From an uncultured Pelagibacteraceae bacterium (lineage in GTDB: Bacteria > Pseudomonadota > Alphaproteobacteria > Pelagibacterales > Pelagibacteraceae), in NCBI GenBank assembly GCA_902595885.1, contig CACJRQ010000003.1, positions 12,679-76,678 of the forward strand: a DNA stretch of 64,000 nucleotides, in the 5' to 3' direction. The notes beneath the pieces were generated by a model that worked only from the letters and a program-made list of their open reading frames with translations, had not been told where the DNA came from and searched no databases. Every line of letters starts with the position of its first letter. Within the stretch, counting starts at the first letter, position 1. Of this stretch, positions 21,607 through 33,227 are shown piece after piece. Both the position numbers and the translations under genes were made by a program.

Positions 21607-22168
21607 AATTGGAATTCTCGGTGACATTGGATCTGGCAAAAGTTATGTAGCTAAAAATTTTGGTTATCCAGTATTTGATGCAGATTTTGAAGTATCTAAA
21701 CTTTATAAAAAAAATAAAAGTATTTTTTATAAATTAAATAAAATATTACCAAAATATATAATTTCCTTCCCAATTAAAAAAAACGAAATATCAAGGGCAA
21801 TATTAGGCAATAAATCAAATTTAAAAAAAATAATTAATATTGTTCACAAAGAAGTTAGAAAAAAAATGAAAGTATTTTTAAAAAAAAATAAACATAAAAA
21901 AATTGTAATTTTAGACATTCCTCTATTATTGGAAAATAAAATTAACAACAAAAAAGATATTTTAATATTTGTCGATTCTAAAAAATCAGATATTGAAAAA
22001 AAACTTAAAAAAAGAATTAATTTTAATAAAATATTATATAATAAATTTAAAAAAATACAGTTTACATCTGTCTATAAAAAAAAGAGGTCAAACTTTATAA
22101 TTAAAAATAATTTTAAAAAGGAATCGATTAAAAAAAGTATTAAAACAATTTTATCTCAAATATTATAA
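21599..22168 (+). CDS. coaE: Dephospho-CoA kinase
   Basis: IGILGDIGSGKS P-loop, FDAD, LDIPLLLE; ATG at 21599. Confidence 0.92.
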   Translation: MIKIGILGDIGSGKSYVAKNFGYPVFDADFEVSKLYKKNKSIFYKLNKILPKYIISFPIKKNEISRAILGNKSNLKKIINIVHKEVRKKMKVFLKKNKHKKIVILDIPLLLENKINNKKDILIFVDSKKSDIEKKLKKRINFNKILYNKFKKIQFTSVYKKKRSNFIIKNNFKKESIKKSIKTILSQIL

Positions 22169-22834
22169 ATGATAGAAATAGTATTAGACACTGAAACTAC
22201 AGGCTTATCAGTAAAAGAAGGACATAGAGTTGTAGAAATAGCATGTATTGAATTAGAAGATTTAATACCAACTGGTAATGAATTTCATATTTGTTTAAAT
22301 CCTGAGAGAAAAGTATCAGAACAGGCATTCAAAATTCATGGATTTGCTGACAATTTTTTATCAAAACAAAAAAAATTTTCTGAAATTAAAGATAGTTTTT
22401 TGAATTTTATTAAAGATAAAAAATTAATTATTCACAATGCAGAATTTGATCTTACACACTTAAATAATGAACTTTTTTTATGTGGAAATGAAAAAATTTC
22501 AAATGAAGTTGTAGATACTTTGATTTTGGCTAAAGAAAAATTTCCAGGTTCCCAAGTAAGCTTAGATGCTCTGTGTAAGCGTTTCAGAGTTGATAATTCA
22601 AAAAGAACCCAGCATAATGCTTTGTTAGATTGTCATTTATTATCTAAAGTATATATAAATTTAATCGATCAAAAAGAGCCTAAATTAAATCTTCAAAATA
22701 ATGAGAATTTTGATAAAGATCAAAGTAATTTAAATATTGAATATTACAAAAAAATAATAGTACCAACTGACGAAGAAATTAAAAATCATAAAAAATATAT
22801 TAAAGAAAGTTTAAAAAAAAATTTTTTTAATTAA
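22169..22834 (+). CDS. dnaQ: DNA polymerase III epsilon subunit
   Basis: LDTETTG, HNAEFD and HNALLD DEDDh motifs. Confidence 0.96.
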   Translation: MIEIVLDTETTGLSVKEGHRVVEIACIELEDLIPTGNEFHICLNPERKVSEQAFKIHGFADNFLSKQKKFSEIKDSFLNFIKDKKLIIHNAEFDLTHLNNELFLCGNEKISNEVVDTLILAKEKFPGSQVSLDALCKRFRVDNSKRTQHNALLDCHLLSKVYINLIDQKEPKLNLQNNENFDKDQSNLNIEYYKKIIVPTDEEIKNHKKYIKESLKKNFFN

Positions 22835-23249
22835 ATTGTTGTTTATATAAAGTTTCAAAATCAACTTTTTTTTCAAATTTTACGCCAGGGTATCCTGAGT
22901 TATGCAAAAGTTCTAAAAGCGATTTTTCTAAATCAGGATAAATTTTAGTTTGTACATCGCATAATATAATTTTTTCTAATTCTTTTTTATCTTTAATATC
23001 ATCATTTATTTTAATTATTGTTGAATACACTAATTCAAAATAAGATTTTTTTTGATTATTTTCTTTGTCTTCGAATTTAAAGGTAGTATTTACTTCAACC
23101 ATATTATTTTTTAATGCTTTGGAGTTAATATCTATTCCTAATTGATATTTACTGATCTGATCTTTCACAAAAAGATGTGTTTCAATATTTGGTGTTTCAC
23201 TTGATAAGTCTTTGATATATTTTGCAAGTATCTTATATTTTTCTGTCAT
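22827..23249 (-). CDS. secB: Protein-export chaperone SecB
   Basis: YIKDLSSETPN, IYP, GYP...VDFETLY; dnaQ-secB-fxsA synteny; ATG at 23249 or 23255. Confidence 0.85.
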   Translation of the reverse strand: MTEKYKILAKYIKDLSSETPNIETHLFVKDQISKYQLGIDINSKALKNNMVEVNTTFKFEDKENNQKKSYFELVYSTIIKINDDIKDKKELEKIILCDVQTKIYPDLEKSLLELLHNSGYPGVKFEKKVDFETLYKQQFN

Positions 23250-23658
23250 TATCATCTTCTATATCTTCAAATTCACCATCAATAAAATTTTTTCTTATAT
23301 TATTATTTGGTTTGAATTTTTTTTTGAGTCTTTTAAAAATAAATTTTCTACTTAATGGAAATATAAATAAAAATCCCAATATATCTGTTAAAAAACCTGG
23401 TATAATTAAAAGCACTGCTGCTAAAGCAATAAAAGCTCCTGATAATACCTCGTAAGCAGGCGTTTCATTTTTGCTCAACAAAATAAAACCAGATTTTAAG
23501 GTGTTTAATCCCTCGTGTTTAGCGTAATAAACCCCGACTATTGCAGTAAAAAATATTAGAAAAATAGTATAAATGGCTCCAATTTGTGAGCCAATTTTGA
23601 TAAATATATAAATTTCTATTATGGGAATTAATATTATTGATAAAAGTATTGTGTTCAT
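23233..23658 (-). CDS. fxsA: FxsA-family membrane protein
   Basis: PIIEIYIFIKIGSQIG, LLIIPGFLTDILG, IDGEFEDI. Confidence 0.9.
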   Translation of the reverse strand: MNTILLSIILIPIIEIYIFIKIGSQIGAIYTIFLIFFTAIVGVYYAKHEGLNTLKSGFILLSKNETPAYEVLSGAFIALAAVLLIIPGFLTDILGFLFIFPLSRKFIFKRLKKKFKPNNNIRKNFIDGEFEDIEDDNDRKI

Positions 23659-23716
23659 TTGTCCTTAATCTAAATTGCTGGTTGAAATTAATCAACATAG
23701 TAATTACTATAAACAT

Positions 23717-24313
23717 ATGAATTACAGCTTTGAATACATTGATATAATTTTATTGGCAATGATTGCCGGGTTTATTTTTTTGAGATTAAGAGGGATTTTA
23801 GGTAAAAGAACTGGTTTTGAAGGTAAAGCACCTTCGCAGTTAAAAGAAGTCTTAAAAACTGTAAATCAAGACCAACCAAAAAAAATAAACGAAAAGTTTG
23901 ATGAGAAAGCTCAACAAGAATTTCTTATAGGTGCAAAGATTGCATATGAAACTGTAATAACAGATTTTAGTGATAACGATAACAAAATAACAACCAGCAA
24001 GCCTTTATTAAACAACGAAATCTTTAATCAATTTAATCAAGCGCTTAAAGAAAGAAGTTCTAGAGGTCATTATGCAGAAATTACTTTTATTGGTATTAAC
24101 TCTGCAAAAATTAAAGAGCACAAGAGAATTGGCAAAATATTAAATGTTACTGTGGATTTTATTGCAGAAATTATTACTTGTATTAAAGATAAAGACAAAA
24201 AAATAGTTTCAGGTGATCCGGAAAAGATTAAAAAAATTTATGACACATGGGTGTTTTCAAGAGACACTACATCTTCAAATCCTAATTGGCAGCTTGTTAA
24301 TATATTAACGTAA
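23717..24313 (+). CDS. Tim44/TimA-family membrane adaptor
   Basis: DIILLAMIAGFIFLRLRGILGKRTG N-terminus, DTWVFSRD...PNWQL C-terminus; ATG at 23717. Confidence 0.88.
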   Translation: MNYSFEYIDIILLAMIAGFIFLRLRGILGKRTGFEGKAPSQLKEVLKTVNQDQPKKINEKFDEKAQQEFLIGAKIAYETVITDFSDNDNKITTSKPLLNNEIFNQFNQALKERSSRGHYAEITFIGINSAKIKEHKRIGKILNVTVDFIAEIITCIKDKDKKIVSGDPEKIKKIYDTWVFSRDTTSSNPNWQLVNILT

Positions 24314-24736
24314 TTGAACGATAATATCTCATATAAAGACAAAAAAGATTGGAACAATTTTATTAATAGTAGAGATAAAGTTCCAGATAAAGATGTTAAA
24401 ACTAAAGATAAAAAAATTTTCAAAACAAGATCAATAGATTTACATGGTTATACTTTAGATGAAGCCAATAAAACTATTGAGAATTTTATTAATAAAGCTT
24501 TCTTAGAAAATATTAATAAACTTATAGTTGTCACTGGAAAAGGTCTTCACTCAGATAATGAAAAAAATCCATATGTTTCGAAGGACCTTGGTATTTTAAA
24601 ATATTCAGTCCCAGAATTTATTTCAAATAATAATAGTTTAATGGGAATGATTAATGAAATAACGGATGCTAAATTGGAAGATGGTGGTAGTGGAGCTTTT
24701 TATGTTTTTTTGAAAAAAAATAAGTCTATAAAATAA
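24314..24736 (+). CDS. Smr/MutS2-domain protein
   Basis: IDLHGYT, VVTGKG and GGSGAFYV motifs. Confidence 0.92.
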   Translation: MNDNISYKDKKDWNNFINSRDKVPDKDVKTKDKKIFKTRSIDLHGYTLDEANKTIENFINKAFLENINKLIVVTGKGLHSDNEKNPYVSKDLGILKYSVPEFISNNNSLMGMINEITDAKLEDGGSGAFYVFLKKNKSIK

Positions 24737-26099
24737 ATTTTGAAAGATCAGTATCTTTTACTAATGTATCTAAATTTTTATTAATATATTCTTTATCAAT
24801 AACTATTTTTTCACCTGAACGGTCAGTAGCAGTAAAGCTTATCTCATCTAAGATTTTCTCAATGATAGTATGCAATCTTCTAGCCCCAATATTTTCAACA
24901 GTTGCATTTACTTCTGAAGCAATATTGGCTATGGCGTCAATACCATCGTCAGAAAATTCAAGATCAACATTTTCAGTTTTTAGTAAGGCCACATATTGTT
25001 TTATTAAACTAAAGTCTGGTTCTCTTAATATTCTTTTAAAATCTTCACTAGTTAATGCTTCTAACTCAACTCTAATTGGCAATCTGCCCTGTAATTCTGG
25101 AAGCAGATCAGAAGGCTTTGCAAGTTGAAATGCCCCAGATGCAATAAACAAAATATGATCTGTTTTTATTGGACCATGTTTGGTATTAACTGTAGTTCCT
25201 TCAATTAAAGGCAATAAATCTCTTTGAACACCTTCTCTTGAAACATCACCTCCCACTCTGTCGGTTCTAGCTGAGATTTTGTCTATTTCATCTAAAAATA
25301 CTATCCCATTATTTTCTGTAGAAAGTTTTGCAGCTTTTATAATTTTATCTTGTTCAATTAATTTATCAGATTCATCATTAATCAAAATTTCATGAGATTC
25401 TTTTACTGTCATTTTCTTTTTCTTTTCTTTGTTACCCATTGATTTTCCAATCATCTCACCAATATTTATCATACCAACATTTGCACCTGGCATACCAGGA
25501 ATCTCAAAAGAAGCACCACTTGAACCAGTGTCGCTAACAGCAATTTCAATTTCGTTATCGTCTAGATCACCATTTCTTAATCTTTTTCTAAAACTTTCTC
25601 TTGTTGCAAGACTTGCTTTTTTGCCAACTAAAGCGTCTAAAACTTTTTCTTCAGCAGCCTTTTGTGCTTGTGCAAAAACTTCTTTTCTTTTTTTTACTTT
25701 TTCCATTGAGATTGCTATCTCAATTAAATCTCTTACGATTTGTTCCACATCTCTTCCAACGTATCCTACTTCTGTAAATCTTGTAGCTTCAACTTTTACA
25801 AATGGAGCCTCAGCAAGCTTGGAAAGTCTTCTTGAGATTTCAGTTTTACCCACTCCTGTTGGTCCAATCATTAAAATATTTTTTGGCAAAACCTCATTTT
25901 TCATTTCACCTTTTAACGCTTGTCTTCTCCATCTATTTCTCAGTGCAACAGCAACAGCTCTTTTTGCTTTATTCTGTCCAACTACAAATCTATCTAATTC
26001 AGAAACAATTTCTCTCGGAGATAATGAACTTACTAAAGAGGCTTCCTCTTTTTGATTTTTATCTTTTGGGTGCAGTTGTGTTACGTTTGATTTATCCAT
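24726..26099 (-). CDS. hslU: ATP-dependent protease ATPase subunit HslU
   Basis: [38 protein letters not shown]. Confidence 0.98.
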   Translation of the reverse strand: MDKSNVTQLHPKDKNQKEEASLVSSLSPREIVSELDRFVVGQNKAKRAVAVALRNRWRRQALKGEMKNEVLPKNILMIGPTGVGKTEISRRLSKLAEAPFVKVEATRFTEVGYVGRDVEQIVRDLIEIAISMEKVKKRKEVFAQAQKAAEEKVLDALVGKKASLATRESFRKRLRNGDLDDNEIEIAVSDTGSSGASFEIPGMPGANVGMINIGEMIGKSMGNKEKKKKMTVKESHEILINDESDKLIEQDKIIKAAKLSTENNGIVFLDEIDKISARTDRVGGDVSREGVQRDLLPLIEGTTVNTKHGPIKTDHILFIASGAFQLAKPSDLLPELQGRLPIRVELEALTSEDFKRILREPDFSLIKQYVALLKTENVDLEFSDDGIDAIANIASEVNATVENIGARRLHTIIEKILDEISFTATDRSGEKIVIDKEYINKNLDTLVKDTDLSKFIL

Positions 26100-26614
26100 T
26101 ATATTTTTTCAATTTTAACATTATCGTTAGTAAAAACACATATATCTGCTGCAACTTTAATTGCTTTCTTAGCAACCTCTTCAGCGGACATGCTGCCTTC
26201 CATTAAAACTTTTCCGGCGGCTAGCGCATAATTACCACCTGAGCCAATTCCAATTACATCTCCCTCAGGCTCAAGAACATCACCTGTTCCTGAAATAATA
26301 TAGCTATTACTTTTATCCCCTACAGCCATTAACGCCTCTAATCTTCTTAAATACTTATCTGTCCTCCAATCTTTAGCTAATTCAACAGCAGCTCTAGATA
26401 AATTTCCTGCATGTTTTTCTAATTTACCTTCTAATCTTTCAAATAGAGTTAACGCATCTGCAGTTGACCCTGCAAAACCGGCGACTACATCTCTTTTTTC
26501 AATTTTTCTAACTTTAGAAGCTGTACTTTTTACAACGGTATTTCCCATACTTACTTGTCCATCTCCAGCAACTACTACTTCATTGTTTTTTCTTACTAGC
26601 ACAATTGTTGTCAT
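26099..26614 (-). CDS. hslV: ATP-dependent protease subunit HslV
   Basis: N-terminal MTTI nucleophile Thr, [18 protein letters not shown]. Confidence 0.98.
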   Translation of the reverse strand: MTTIVLVRKNNEVVVAGDGQVSMGNTVVKSTASKVRKIEKRDVVAGFAGSTADALTLFERLEGKLEKHAGNLSRAAVELAKDWRTDKYLRRLEALMAVGDKSNSYIISGTGDVLEPEGDVIGIGSGGNYALAAGKVLMEGSMSAEEVAKKAIKVAADICVFTNDNVKIEKI

Positions 26615-26702
26615 ACTTAATAAATGGTAACTATTTTTGATACTTCAAGTGTTCAGACTGATATTGATATAGTGAGATTATGTATGTATACCATTTAAAT
26701 AT

Positions 26703-27293
26703 ATGGTTAGAAAAGGAAAAGTATCTCGAAAAACAAAAGAAACCAGCATTAATGTTGAAGTAAATATTGATGGTAAGGGTAAGTATCAAATTGACACTGG
26801 TATAGGTTTTTTAGATCACATGCTTGAGCAATTATCAAAGCATTCTTTAATTGATTTAAAAGTTAAAGCAAAAGGAGATACTCATATCGATCTTCACCAT
26901 ACAACTGAAGATACAGGTATTGCAATCGGAGAAGCTTTAAAAAAAGCAGCAAAAAAATTTGTAGGCATAAAAAGATATGCTCATAGAGTTATTCCAATGG
27001 ATGAAACATTAACTAGAGTAGCAATTGATGTTTCAAATAGACCTTATTTAATTTGGAAAGTAAAATTAAAAGTTGAAAAACTTGGTGAGATGGACACAGA
27101 ACTTTTTAAAGAATGGTTTCAAGCTTTCTCTCAATCTGCAGGTATTACTATGCACGTAGAAAATATTTATGGTGACAATAGCCACCACATAATTGAGTCT
27201 TGTTATAAAGGTTTAGCAAGATCATTAAGAGATGCTTTAGAGATGGATCCAAGAAATAAGAAGAGCATCCCATCCACTAAAGGCTCATTATAA
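26703..27293 (+). CDS. hisB: Imidazoleglycerol-phosphate dehydratase
   Basis: [26 protein letters not shown]. Confidence 0.97.
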   Translation: MVRKGKVSRKTKETSINVEVNIDGKGKYQIDTGIGFLDHMLEQLSKHSLIDLKVKAKGDTHIDLHHTTEDTGIAIGEALKKAAKKFVGIKRYAHRVIPMDETLTRVAIDVSNRPYLIWKVKLKVEKLGEMDTELFKEWFQAFSQSAGITMHVENIYGDNSHHIIESCYKGLARSLRDALEMDPRNKKSIPSTKGSL

Positions 27294-27298
27294 GTTTA

Positions 27299-27925
27299 AT
27301 GAAAGTCACAATCGTTGATTATAATTCGGGCAATATAAGCTCGGTGATAAACTCCTTTAAGGAAGTTGCTAAAGATAAAGTAAATATAGAAGTAACTTCA
27401 GATTTAAATAAGATTAAATCTTCCGATAAAGTTGTTTTACCAGGGCAGGGTTCGTTTAAAAGTTGTGTTGATGCACTTAATAAAATCAGTGGTTTAGTTG
27501 ACACTTTAAATGAGTTTGCAATTAATAATAAAAAACCACTTCTTGGAATTTGTGTTGGATTACAAATGTTTGCAGATCTCGGTTTTGAAGAAACAGAAAC
27601 CAAAGGGCTTGGATGGATTTCTGGCAAGGTATCAAAAATAGATAATCAGAATGGAAAATATAAACTTCCTCACATTGGCTGGAACCAAATTAATATTGTT
27701 AAGGACAGTAAAATTTTTAAAGGTATAGAAAATAATTCTCACATGTATTTTGTTCACAGTTATCAATTTGTTCCAGAAGATAAAAACGTAATTTCTGCAA
27801 CAACAGACTATTCATCAAATATTGTTTGCGCTGTTGAAAAAGAAAATATTTTTGGAACCCAATTTCACCCTGAGAAAAGTGATAAAATTGGGCTTAAAAT
27901 AATTGATAACTTTATTAACTTATAA
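27299..27925 (+). CDS. hisH: IGP synthase glutaminase subunit
   Basis: LPGQG, GICVGLQ, PHIGWN, YFVHSY, QFHPEKS. Confidence 0.97.
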   Translation: MKVTIVDYNSGNISSVINSFKEVAKDKVNIEVTSDLNKIKSSDKVVLPGQGSFKSCVDALNKISGLVDTLNEFAINNKKPLLGICVGLQMFADLGFEETETKGLGWISGKVSKIDNQNGKYKLPHIGWNQINIVKDSKIFKGIENNSHMYFVHSYQFVPEDKNVISATTDYSSNIVCAVEKENIFGTQFHPEKSDKIGLKIIDNFINL

Positions 27926-27934
27926 ATAAAAAAA

Positions 27935-28660
27935 ATGAAAATTTTTCCTGCAATAGATATTAAAGATAAAAAGTGTGTGAGGTTAGTTAAAGGAAATTTC
28001 AATAATAAAACTGAATACAAAATGTCGCCAATTGAACAAGCCGGGAAATATAAGGATCATGGTTTTAAAAACTTACATATAGTTGATTTAGACGGAGCTT
28101 TAACAGGTGAAACAATTAATTTGGATATTATTAAAGAAATAGTTACTAAATTTGATCTTAAAATTGAAATTGGCGGTGGTATCAGAAATTTTGAAAGTAT
28201 TAAGAAATATACTGATGCCGGTGTAGAAAAAGTTATTTTAGGAAGTGCTGCTATAAAAGATAAAAACTTTTTAAAAGAGGCATGTGAGAAATTTCCAAAT
28301 AAAATTGCCTTAGGATTAGATGCTAAAGATGGTTATTTATCTGTCTCAGGCTGGAAAGAAAATTCAAATCAATTAACAATAGATTACTTAAAAGAAGTAA
28401 ATGATTATGGTGCAAGTAGATTGATTTATACTGATATAAATAGAGATGGGATGAAGCAAAGTCCTAATTTTGAGGAGACAGCAAAGGTTGCTAATATATC
28501 CAATTGTCCAGTAATTATATCTGGTGGAGTTTCTTCAATCGATGATATTAAAAAAGCTAAGGAACTAAATAATAAAAATATTGAAGGCATCATAGTTGGA
28601 AAAGCTATATACGATGGTGATATTAAATTAGAAGAATTGGTGAAAGAATTAGATGCTTAA
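27935..28660 (+). CDS. hisA: ProFAR isomerase
   Basis: [32 protein letters not shown]. Confidence 0.97.
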   Translation: MKIFPAIDIKDKKCVRLVKGNFNNKTEYKMSPIEQAGKYKDHGFKNLHIVDLDGALTGETINLDIIKEIVTKFDLKIEIGGGIRNFESIKKYTDAGVEKVILGSAAIKDKNFLKEACEKFPNKIALGLDAKDGYLSVSGWKENSNQLTIDYLKEVNDYGASRLIYTDINRDGMKQSPNFEETAKVANISNCPVIISGGVSSIDDIKKAKELNNKNIEGIIVGKAIYDGDIKLEELVKELDA

Positions 28661-29408
28661 GAATAGAATAATACCTTGTTTAGATGTTAAAAATGGTCGC
28701 GTAGTAAAGGGTATTAATTTCATTGATCTACAGGATGCAGGTGATCCTGTTGAACAAGCTAAAATTTATTCAGATGGTGGCGCGGATGAAATTTGTTTTT
28801 TAGATATTACTGCTTCAAATGAAAATAGAGATACAATTTATGATGTAGTAGAGAGAACTTCAAAAAATTGTTTTGTTCCATTGACAGTTGGAGGTGGTGT
28901 CAGAAGCGCTGAAGATATTAATAAATTGTTAAATTGTGGAGCCGATAAGGTATCCATAAATACTGCTGCAGTTCAAAATCCAGAAGTAGTAATAGAAAGT
29001 TCTAAAAAATTTGGGTCACAATGTATTGTTGTAGCGATAGATGCTAAAAAAAACAAAGATAAATGGGAAATTTTTACGCATGGAGGAAGAAACAATACAG
29101 GAATTGATGCAATAGAATTTGCTAAAAAAATGGAAGATAGTGGTGCAGGTGAGCTACTAGTTACCTCTATGGATCGAGATGGTACTCAAGTTGGTTATGA
29201 TATTGAGCTTATGTCTAAAATATCTTCTATGATAAATATTCCAGTTATTGCTTCAGGTGGAGTTGGAAATCTAGATCATTTAGTAGATGGAATTAAATTA
29301 GGAAATGCCAGCGCAGTTTTAGCAGCATCAATATTTCACTATGGCAAACATTCCGTAAAAGAAGCTAAGGAATATTTGGATTCAAAAGGAATTCCTGTTA
29401 GAATTTAA
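28653..29408 (+). CDS. hisF: IGP synthase cyclase subunit
   Basis: [33 protein letters not shown]. Confidence 0.98.
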   Translation: MLKNRIIPCLDVKNGRVVKGINFIDLQDAGDPVEQAKIYSDGGADEICFLDITASNENRDTIYDVVERTSKNCFVPLTVGGGVRSAEDINKLLNCGADKVSINTAAVQNPEVVIESSKKFGSQCIVVAIDAKKNKDKWEIFTHGGRNNTGIDAIEFAKKMEDSGAGELLVTSMDRDGTQVGYDIELMSKISSMINIPVIASGGVGNLDHLVDGIKLGNASAVLAASIFHYGKHSVKEAKEYLDSKGIPVRI

Positions 29409-29409
29409 T

Positions 29410-29682
29410 ATGCTTAATACATTAGAAAACCTAATAAAACTTGCAAGAGACAGAAAATCTTCCCCAGTTGAAGGTTCGTATACTAATAAGTTGCTTACAG
29501 ATAAATCATTAAGCAAAGCAAAAGTTTTAGAGGAAGTTGATGAATTAATTGAAGCTGTAGAGAAAAATTCTAATAAAATTCATGAAGCAGCAGATGTATT
29601 TTATCATCTGCTAATGTATCTTGAAGCTAATGAAATTAAAATTGAAGAAGTAATGTCTGAGCTAGAAAAAAGAAAAAAATGA
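29410..29682 (+). CDS. hisE: Phosphoribosyl-ATP pyrophosphatase
   Basis: GSYTNKL, KVLEEVDE, HEAADVFYHL. Confidence 0.93.
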   Translation: MLNTLENLIKLARDRKSSPVEGSYTNKLLTDKSLSKAKVLEEVDELIEAVEKNSNKIHEAADVFYHLLMYLEANEIKIEEVMSELEKRKK

Positions 29683-30044
29683 GTTACGACGATAATAATA
29701 TTTTTGCAAAAATTTTACGTGGTGAGATACCTTGTAATAAAATTTATGAAGATGAATTTGTTTTGTCATTTCACGATATTAATCCACAAAAAAAAATTCA
29801 TGCTCTTATAATTCCAAAGGGAAAATATATCGATTTAGATGATTTTAGTTTAAAAGCTTCCCCTGACGAGATGGTTGGATTAATAAAAGGTATAAATATA
29901 GTCGCTAAAAAACTAGGTATTTCAACAGAAATAGGCAAAGGTTATAGAGCGTTAGCCAATATAAGTGATCACGGCGGCCAAGAAGTGCCTCATTTACACT
30001 TCCATTTATTTGGAGGTGAAAGAGTTGGGAAAATGGTTGAGTGA
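29679..30044 (+). CDS. HIT-family nucleotide-binding protein
   Basis: NIFAKILRGEIP; GQEVPHLHFHLFGG histidine triad. Confidence 0.95.
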   Translation: MSYDDNNIFAKILRGEIPCNKIYEDEFVLSFHDINPQKKIHALIIPKGKYIDLDDFSLKASPDEMVGLIKGINIVAKKLGISTEIGKGYRALANISDHGGQEVPHLHFHLFGGERVGKMVE

Positions 30045-30544
30045 TTGAAGAAGTAAAAAGAAACTATCTAGAAATTAGTTCACTAAAAGATCTTAACGAA
30101 GGAAACAAACCTTCAGAAGATTATTCTCTAAATTTGATAGATCCAATTAATTTTCAATTGAATAAGTTTTTTTATAAAAATATTGGTAAAAAACATAAAT
30201 GGGTAGATAGATTAATCTGGAATGAACAGAAATGGATTGATTATGTTTCAAGCGAGAAAGTTAAAACTTATGTACTCAAAAATAAAGATGATCTTGTAGG
30301 ATTTTTTGAATTAATTTTTCATTTTGAAAAAAAAGAAGTTGAGATTGCATATTTTGGAATTCTTGAAGAATATCAAAATAAAAAATTGGGATCCTTTTTA
30401 TTGTCTGAAGCTATAAAGAGATCTTTTGATGAAAATGTTAATAGAGTTTGGTTACACACTTGTTCTTTGGATCACAAGAATGCTCTTAATAATTATATTG
30501 CCAGGGGAATGAGAATTTTTAAATCTGAGATTGTAAAAATTTAA
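30041..30544 (+). CDS. GNAT-family N-acetyltransferase
   Basis: EIAYFGILEEYQNKKLG acetyl-CoA motif; RVWLHTCSLDHKNALNNY. Confidence 0.88.
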   Translation: MIEEVKRNYLEISSLKDLNEGNKPSEDYSLNLIDPINFQLNKFFYKNIGKKHKWVDRLIWNEQKWIDYVSSEKVKTYVLKNKDDLVGFFELIFHFEKKEVEIAYFGILEEYQNKKLGSFLLSEAIKRSFDENVNRVWLHTCSLDHKNALNNYIARGMRIFKSEIVKI

Positions 30545-31083
30545 TTTTGAATGGGTAACTTAAATAATTTTTTTTTTATGTTTTGATTTTTTATAATCGG
30601 GCCAAGAAGTGTTAAGGCAGTATTTTGATAGATGTCTTTTGTCTGCCAACCAATTAATTCTAGAGATATAATATCAAAAAATATGTCTATTTTATTGTTG
30701 TTTTCTTTGATGGTGTATTTGATGTATGAATTATCTATAATATTTTCTTCTAGACTATAAATTTTATTTATCAGAAAATCTTTATCTAAAATTAGGTCCA
30801 ATGGAGTTTTTTTGAGAGGATAGCGATAATAACTCGATATTGTTTTAATCACTAAAGACTTACCATTTGAAACTAAAATTTTGTTATTTTTATCATAAGC
30901 ACAATAGATTTTTTTTGGATATTCGATTGTACAATTTCCACTTTCAATTTTTCCATTTATGTTTTGTTCAAATTCAAAACTTAAATTTGAAGTATTATTT
31001 AAATTTTCAATTATTTTATCTCTACTATCAGCACTTGCATTGAAACTTAAAAATGTAAAAAAAAAAATTAATAATCTTAACAT
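30541..31083 (-). CDS. lolA: Outer-membrane lipoprotein carrier LolA-like
   Basis: Signal peptide, FEQ, LVSNG, YPLKKTPL; directly downstream of ftsK. Confidence 0.8.
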   Translation of the reverse strand: MLRLLIFFFTFLSFNASADSRDKIIENLNNTSNLSFEFEQNINGKIESGNCTIEYPKKIYCAYDKNNKILVSNGKSLVIKTISSYYRYPLKKTPLDLILDKDFLINKIYSLEENIIDNSYIKYTIKENNNKIDIFFDIISLELIGWQTKDIYQNTALTLLGPIIKNQNIKKKLFKLPIQN

Positions 31084-33164
31084 TAAAGAACATCTCTTTT
31101 GCCAACATGATTTGCTTTACTTACAATTCCATCAGCTTCCATCATATCAACAATTCTTGCAGCTCTATTATAACCAATTTGAAGTTTTCTTTGTAAAAAT
31201 GATGTAGAAGCTTTTCCCTCAGATCTTATAATTTCTACAGCTTGCTGATACAAATCGTCTTTATCCCCTAAATTTTGATTATCCCCTATTTCTTTTTCGT
31301 CTGCAAAATTTAAAATTTCGTCTATATAATCAGGTTCTGCTTGAGATCTTAAAAAATTATTTATTTTTTCAATTTCATTATCTGAAACAAATGGTGCGTG
31401 AATTCTAATTATCCTGTTAGCTGAGGACATATATAGCATATCTCCTTTCCCTAAAAGTTGTTCAGCACCTTGTTCTCCAAGGATTGTCCTACTATCTATT
31501 TTAGAGGTCACCTGAAAAGATATTCTAGTTGGAAAATTTGCTTTAATTGTTCCAGTTATCACATCAACGCTTGGTCTTTGTGTAGCCATAATAATGTGAA
31601 TACCAGCTGCCCTTGCCATTTGTGATAATTTTTGGATATAATTTTCAATCTCTTTACCTGCTACTAGCATTAAATCAGACATTTCATCAACAACCACAAC
31701 TATGTAAGGCATTGGAAGTTTGTGTTTAGAATTATAACCATCAATATTTCTAACACCTTCTTTCGTCATTAAACGATATCTACTTTCCATTTCTTTAACT
31801 ACCCATCCTAAAACAGATGCTGCCTTCTTAGCTTCAGTGATTACAGGACACAACAAATGGGGAATTCCTTCATATGTTGATAATTCAAGCATTTTAGGAT
31901 CTATTAAAATAAACTTACATTTATCAGGCGTATGCCTGTAAAGAAGAGAAAGTATAATAGTATTAATACAGACTGATTTACCAGATCCAGTGGTTCCTGC
32001 AATTAGAAGGTGAGGCATTGAGGATAGATCTCCAACTATTGGTTTTCCAGAAATACTTTTTCCTAAGGCAATAGGTAATTTAATTTCTCTTTTTTTAAAA
32101 TCAGAGTCATTAAGAATTTCACTTAAATAAACATTTTCTCTAGAATTATTTGGCAACTCTATACCAACTGTATTACTTCCAGGAATTGTAGAAATTCTTG
32201 CCGATTCAGAGCTTGTATTTCTAGCTATGTCATCAGATAAATTAATTATTTTTGATACTTTTACCCCAGCAGCAGGTTCAAATTCATTTAAGGTTACTAC
32301 AGGACCATAGCTAACTTTTTTAATTTTACCACTGACACCAAAATCTAATAAAATTTTTTCAAGAAATTCTGGATCATGAGATTCCTTTTTGGATAAATTT
32401 TCTCTTTCTTTTTTAGTAGGATATTTCAATAAATCTAATGAAGGTAATTTAAATTTTATTTTTTTATTAATATTTTCTGCTTTAATAAATGGCAAATCTT
32501 CTTGTATAAGATTTTTAATTTCTTCTTGTGGGATATATTCACTTATAACTTCACTTTTGTCAGTGTAATTTTTCTTTTCATTGTTGTTAAATATTTGAAT
32601 AAATTTTTTTAAAACTAAATAAGATTTTATTGGATGAAAATTAATACTAATTAAAAATAAGATAAAACTAATTAAGATTAATACATAGTAAAAAATTTGT
32701 TCATTTATCAATATTAATGATTTTAAAAATGTTTGATCGAAGTAATTTCCAATAAATCCACCATTTCCATTTATATAAAGGGTAAATGCATTTGAATGAA
32801 AATGGGCTAAAAATAGAGTACCAAATATTGAATAAATAATTGCAAAAAATATATTTTCTATAACAAGAAAAAATTCTTTTAGTCTAAAAATATTAATGCC
32901 TGTAATTATCAAAGTGAGTGAAAGCATATATGAAATTAATCCTATAGATTGAAAGAATAAATCTGAAATAAAACTTCCGTAAAAGCCTAGAATATTTTCA
33001 ATATCTGTGTTGTCTGGAAATATAAAATTTGGATCGTCTGGAGAGTAAGTTAATAGTGCTGCTAAGAGCAAAATCCCCGATGCAAAAATAATTATACCAA
33101 ATATTTCTGCAAGTCTTTTAATAGTAAAATTAATTAACGAATTAGCAGTTTTTTTAATATCCAT
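31083..33164 (-). CDS. ftsK: DNA translocase FtsK
   Basis: N-terminal TM domain, PHLLIAGTTGSGKS, ATQRPSVDVITG, gamma domain LQRKLQIGYNRAAR. Likely ATG at 33164 (the track gives 33197). Confidence 0.97.
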   Translation of the reverse strand: MDIKKTANSLINFTIKRLAEIFGIIIFASGILLLAALLTYSPDDPNFIFPDNTDIENILGFYGSFISDLFFQSIGLISYMLSLTLIITGINIFRLKEFFLVIENIFFAIIYSIFGTLFLAHFHSNAFTLYINGNGGFIGNYFDQTFLKSLILINEQIFYYVLILISFILFLISINFHPIKSYLVLKKFIQIFNNNEKKNYTDKSEVISEYIPQEEIKNLIQEDLPFIKAENINKKIKFKLPSLDLLKYPTKKERENLSKKESHDPEFLEKILLDFGVSGKIKKVSYGPVVTLNEFEPAAGVKVSKIINLSDDIARNTSSESARISTIPGSNTVGIELPNNSRENVYLSEILNDSDFKKREIKLPIALGKSISGKPIVGDLSSMPHLLIAGTTGSGKSVCINTIILSLLYRHTPDKCKFILIDPKMLELSTYEGIPHLLCPVITEAKKAASVLGWVVKEMESRYRLMTKEGVRNIDGYNSKHKLPMPYIVVVVDEMSDLMLVAGKEIENYIQKLSQMARAAGIHIIMATQRPSVDVITGTIKANFPTRISFQVTSKIDSRTILGEQGAEQLLGKGDMLYMSSANRIIRIHAPFVSDNEIEKINNFLRSQAEPDYIDEILNFADEKEIGDNQNLGDKDDLYQQAVEIIRSEGKASTSFLQRKLQIGYNRAARIVDMMEADGIVSKANHVGKRDVL

Positions 33165-33227
33165 AATTAATGAATCAATTTTATCACTTTGTATCATCTA
33201 ATTTTTGTTGTTAAAATTAAAAATAAT

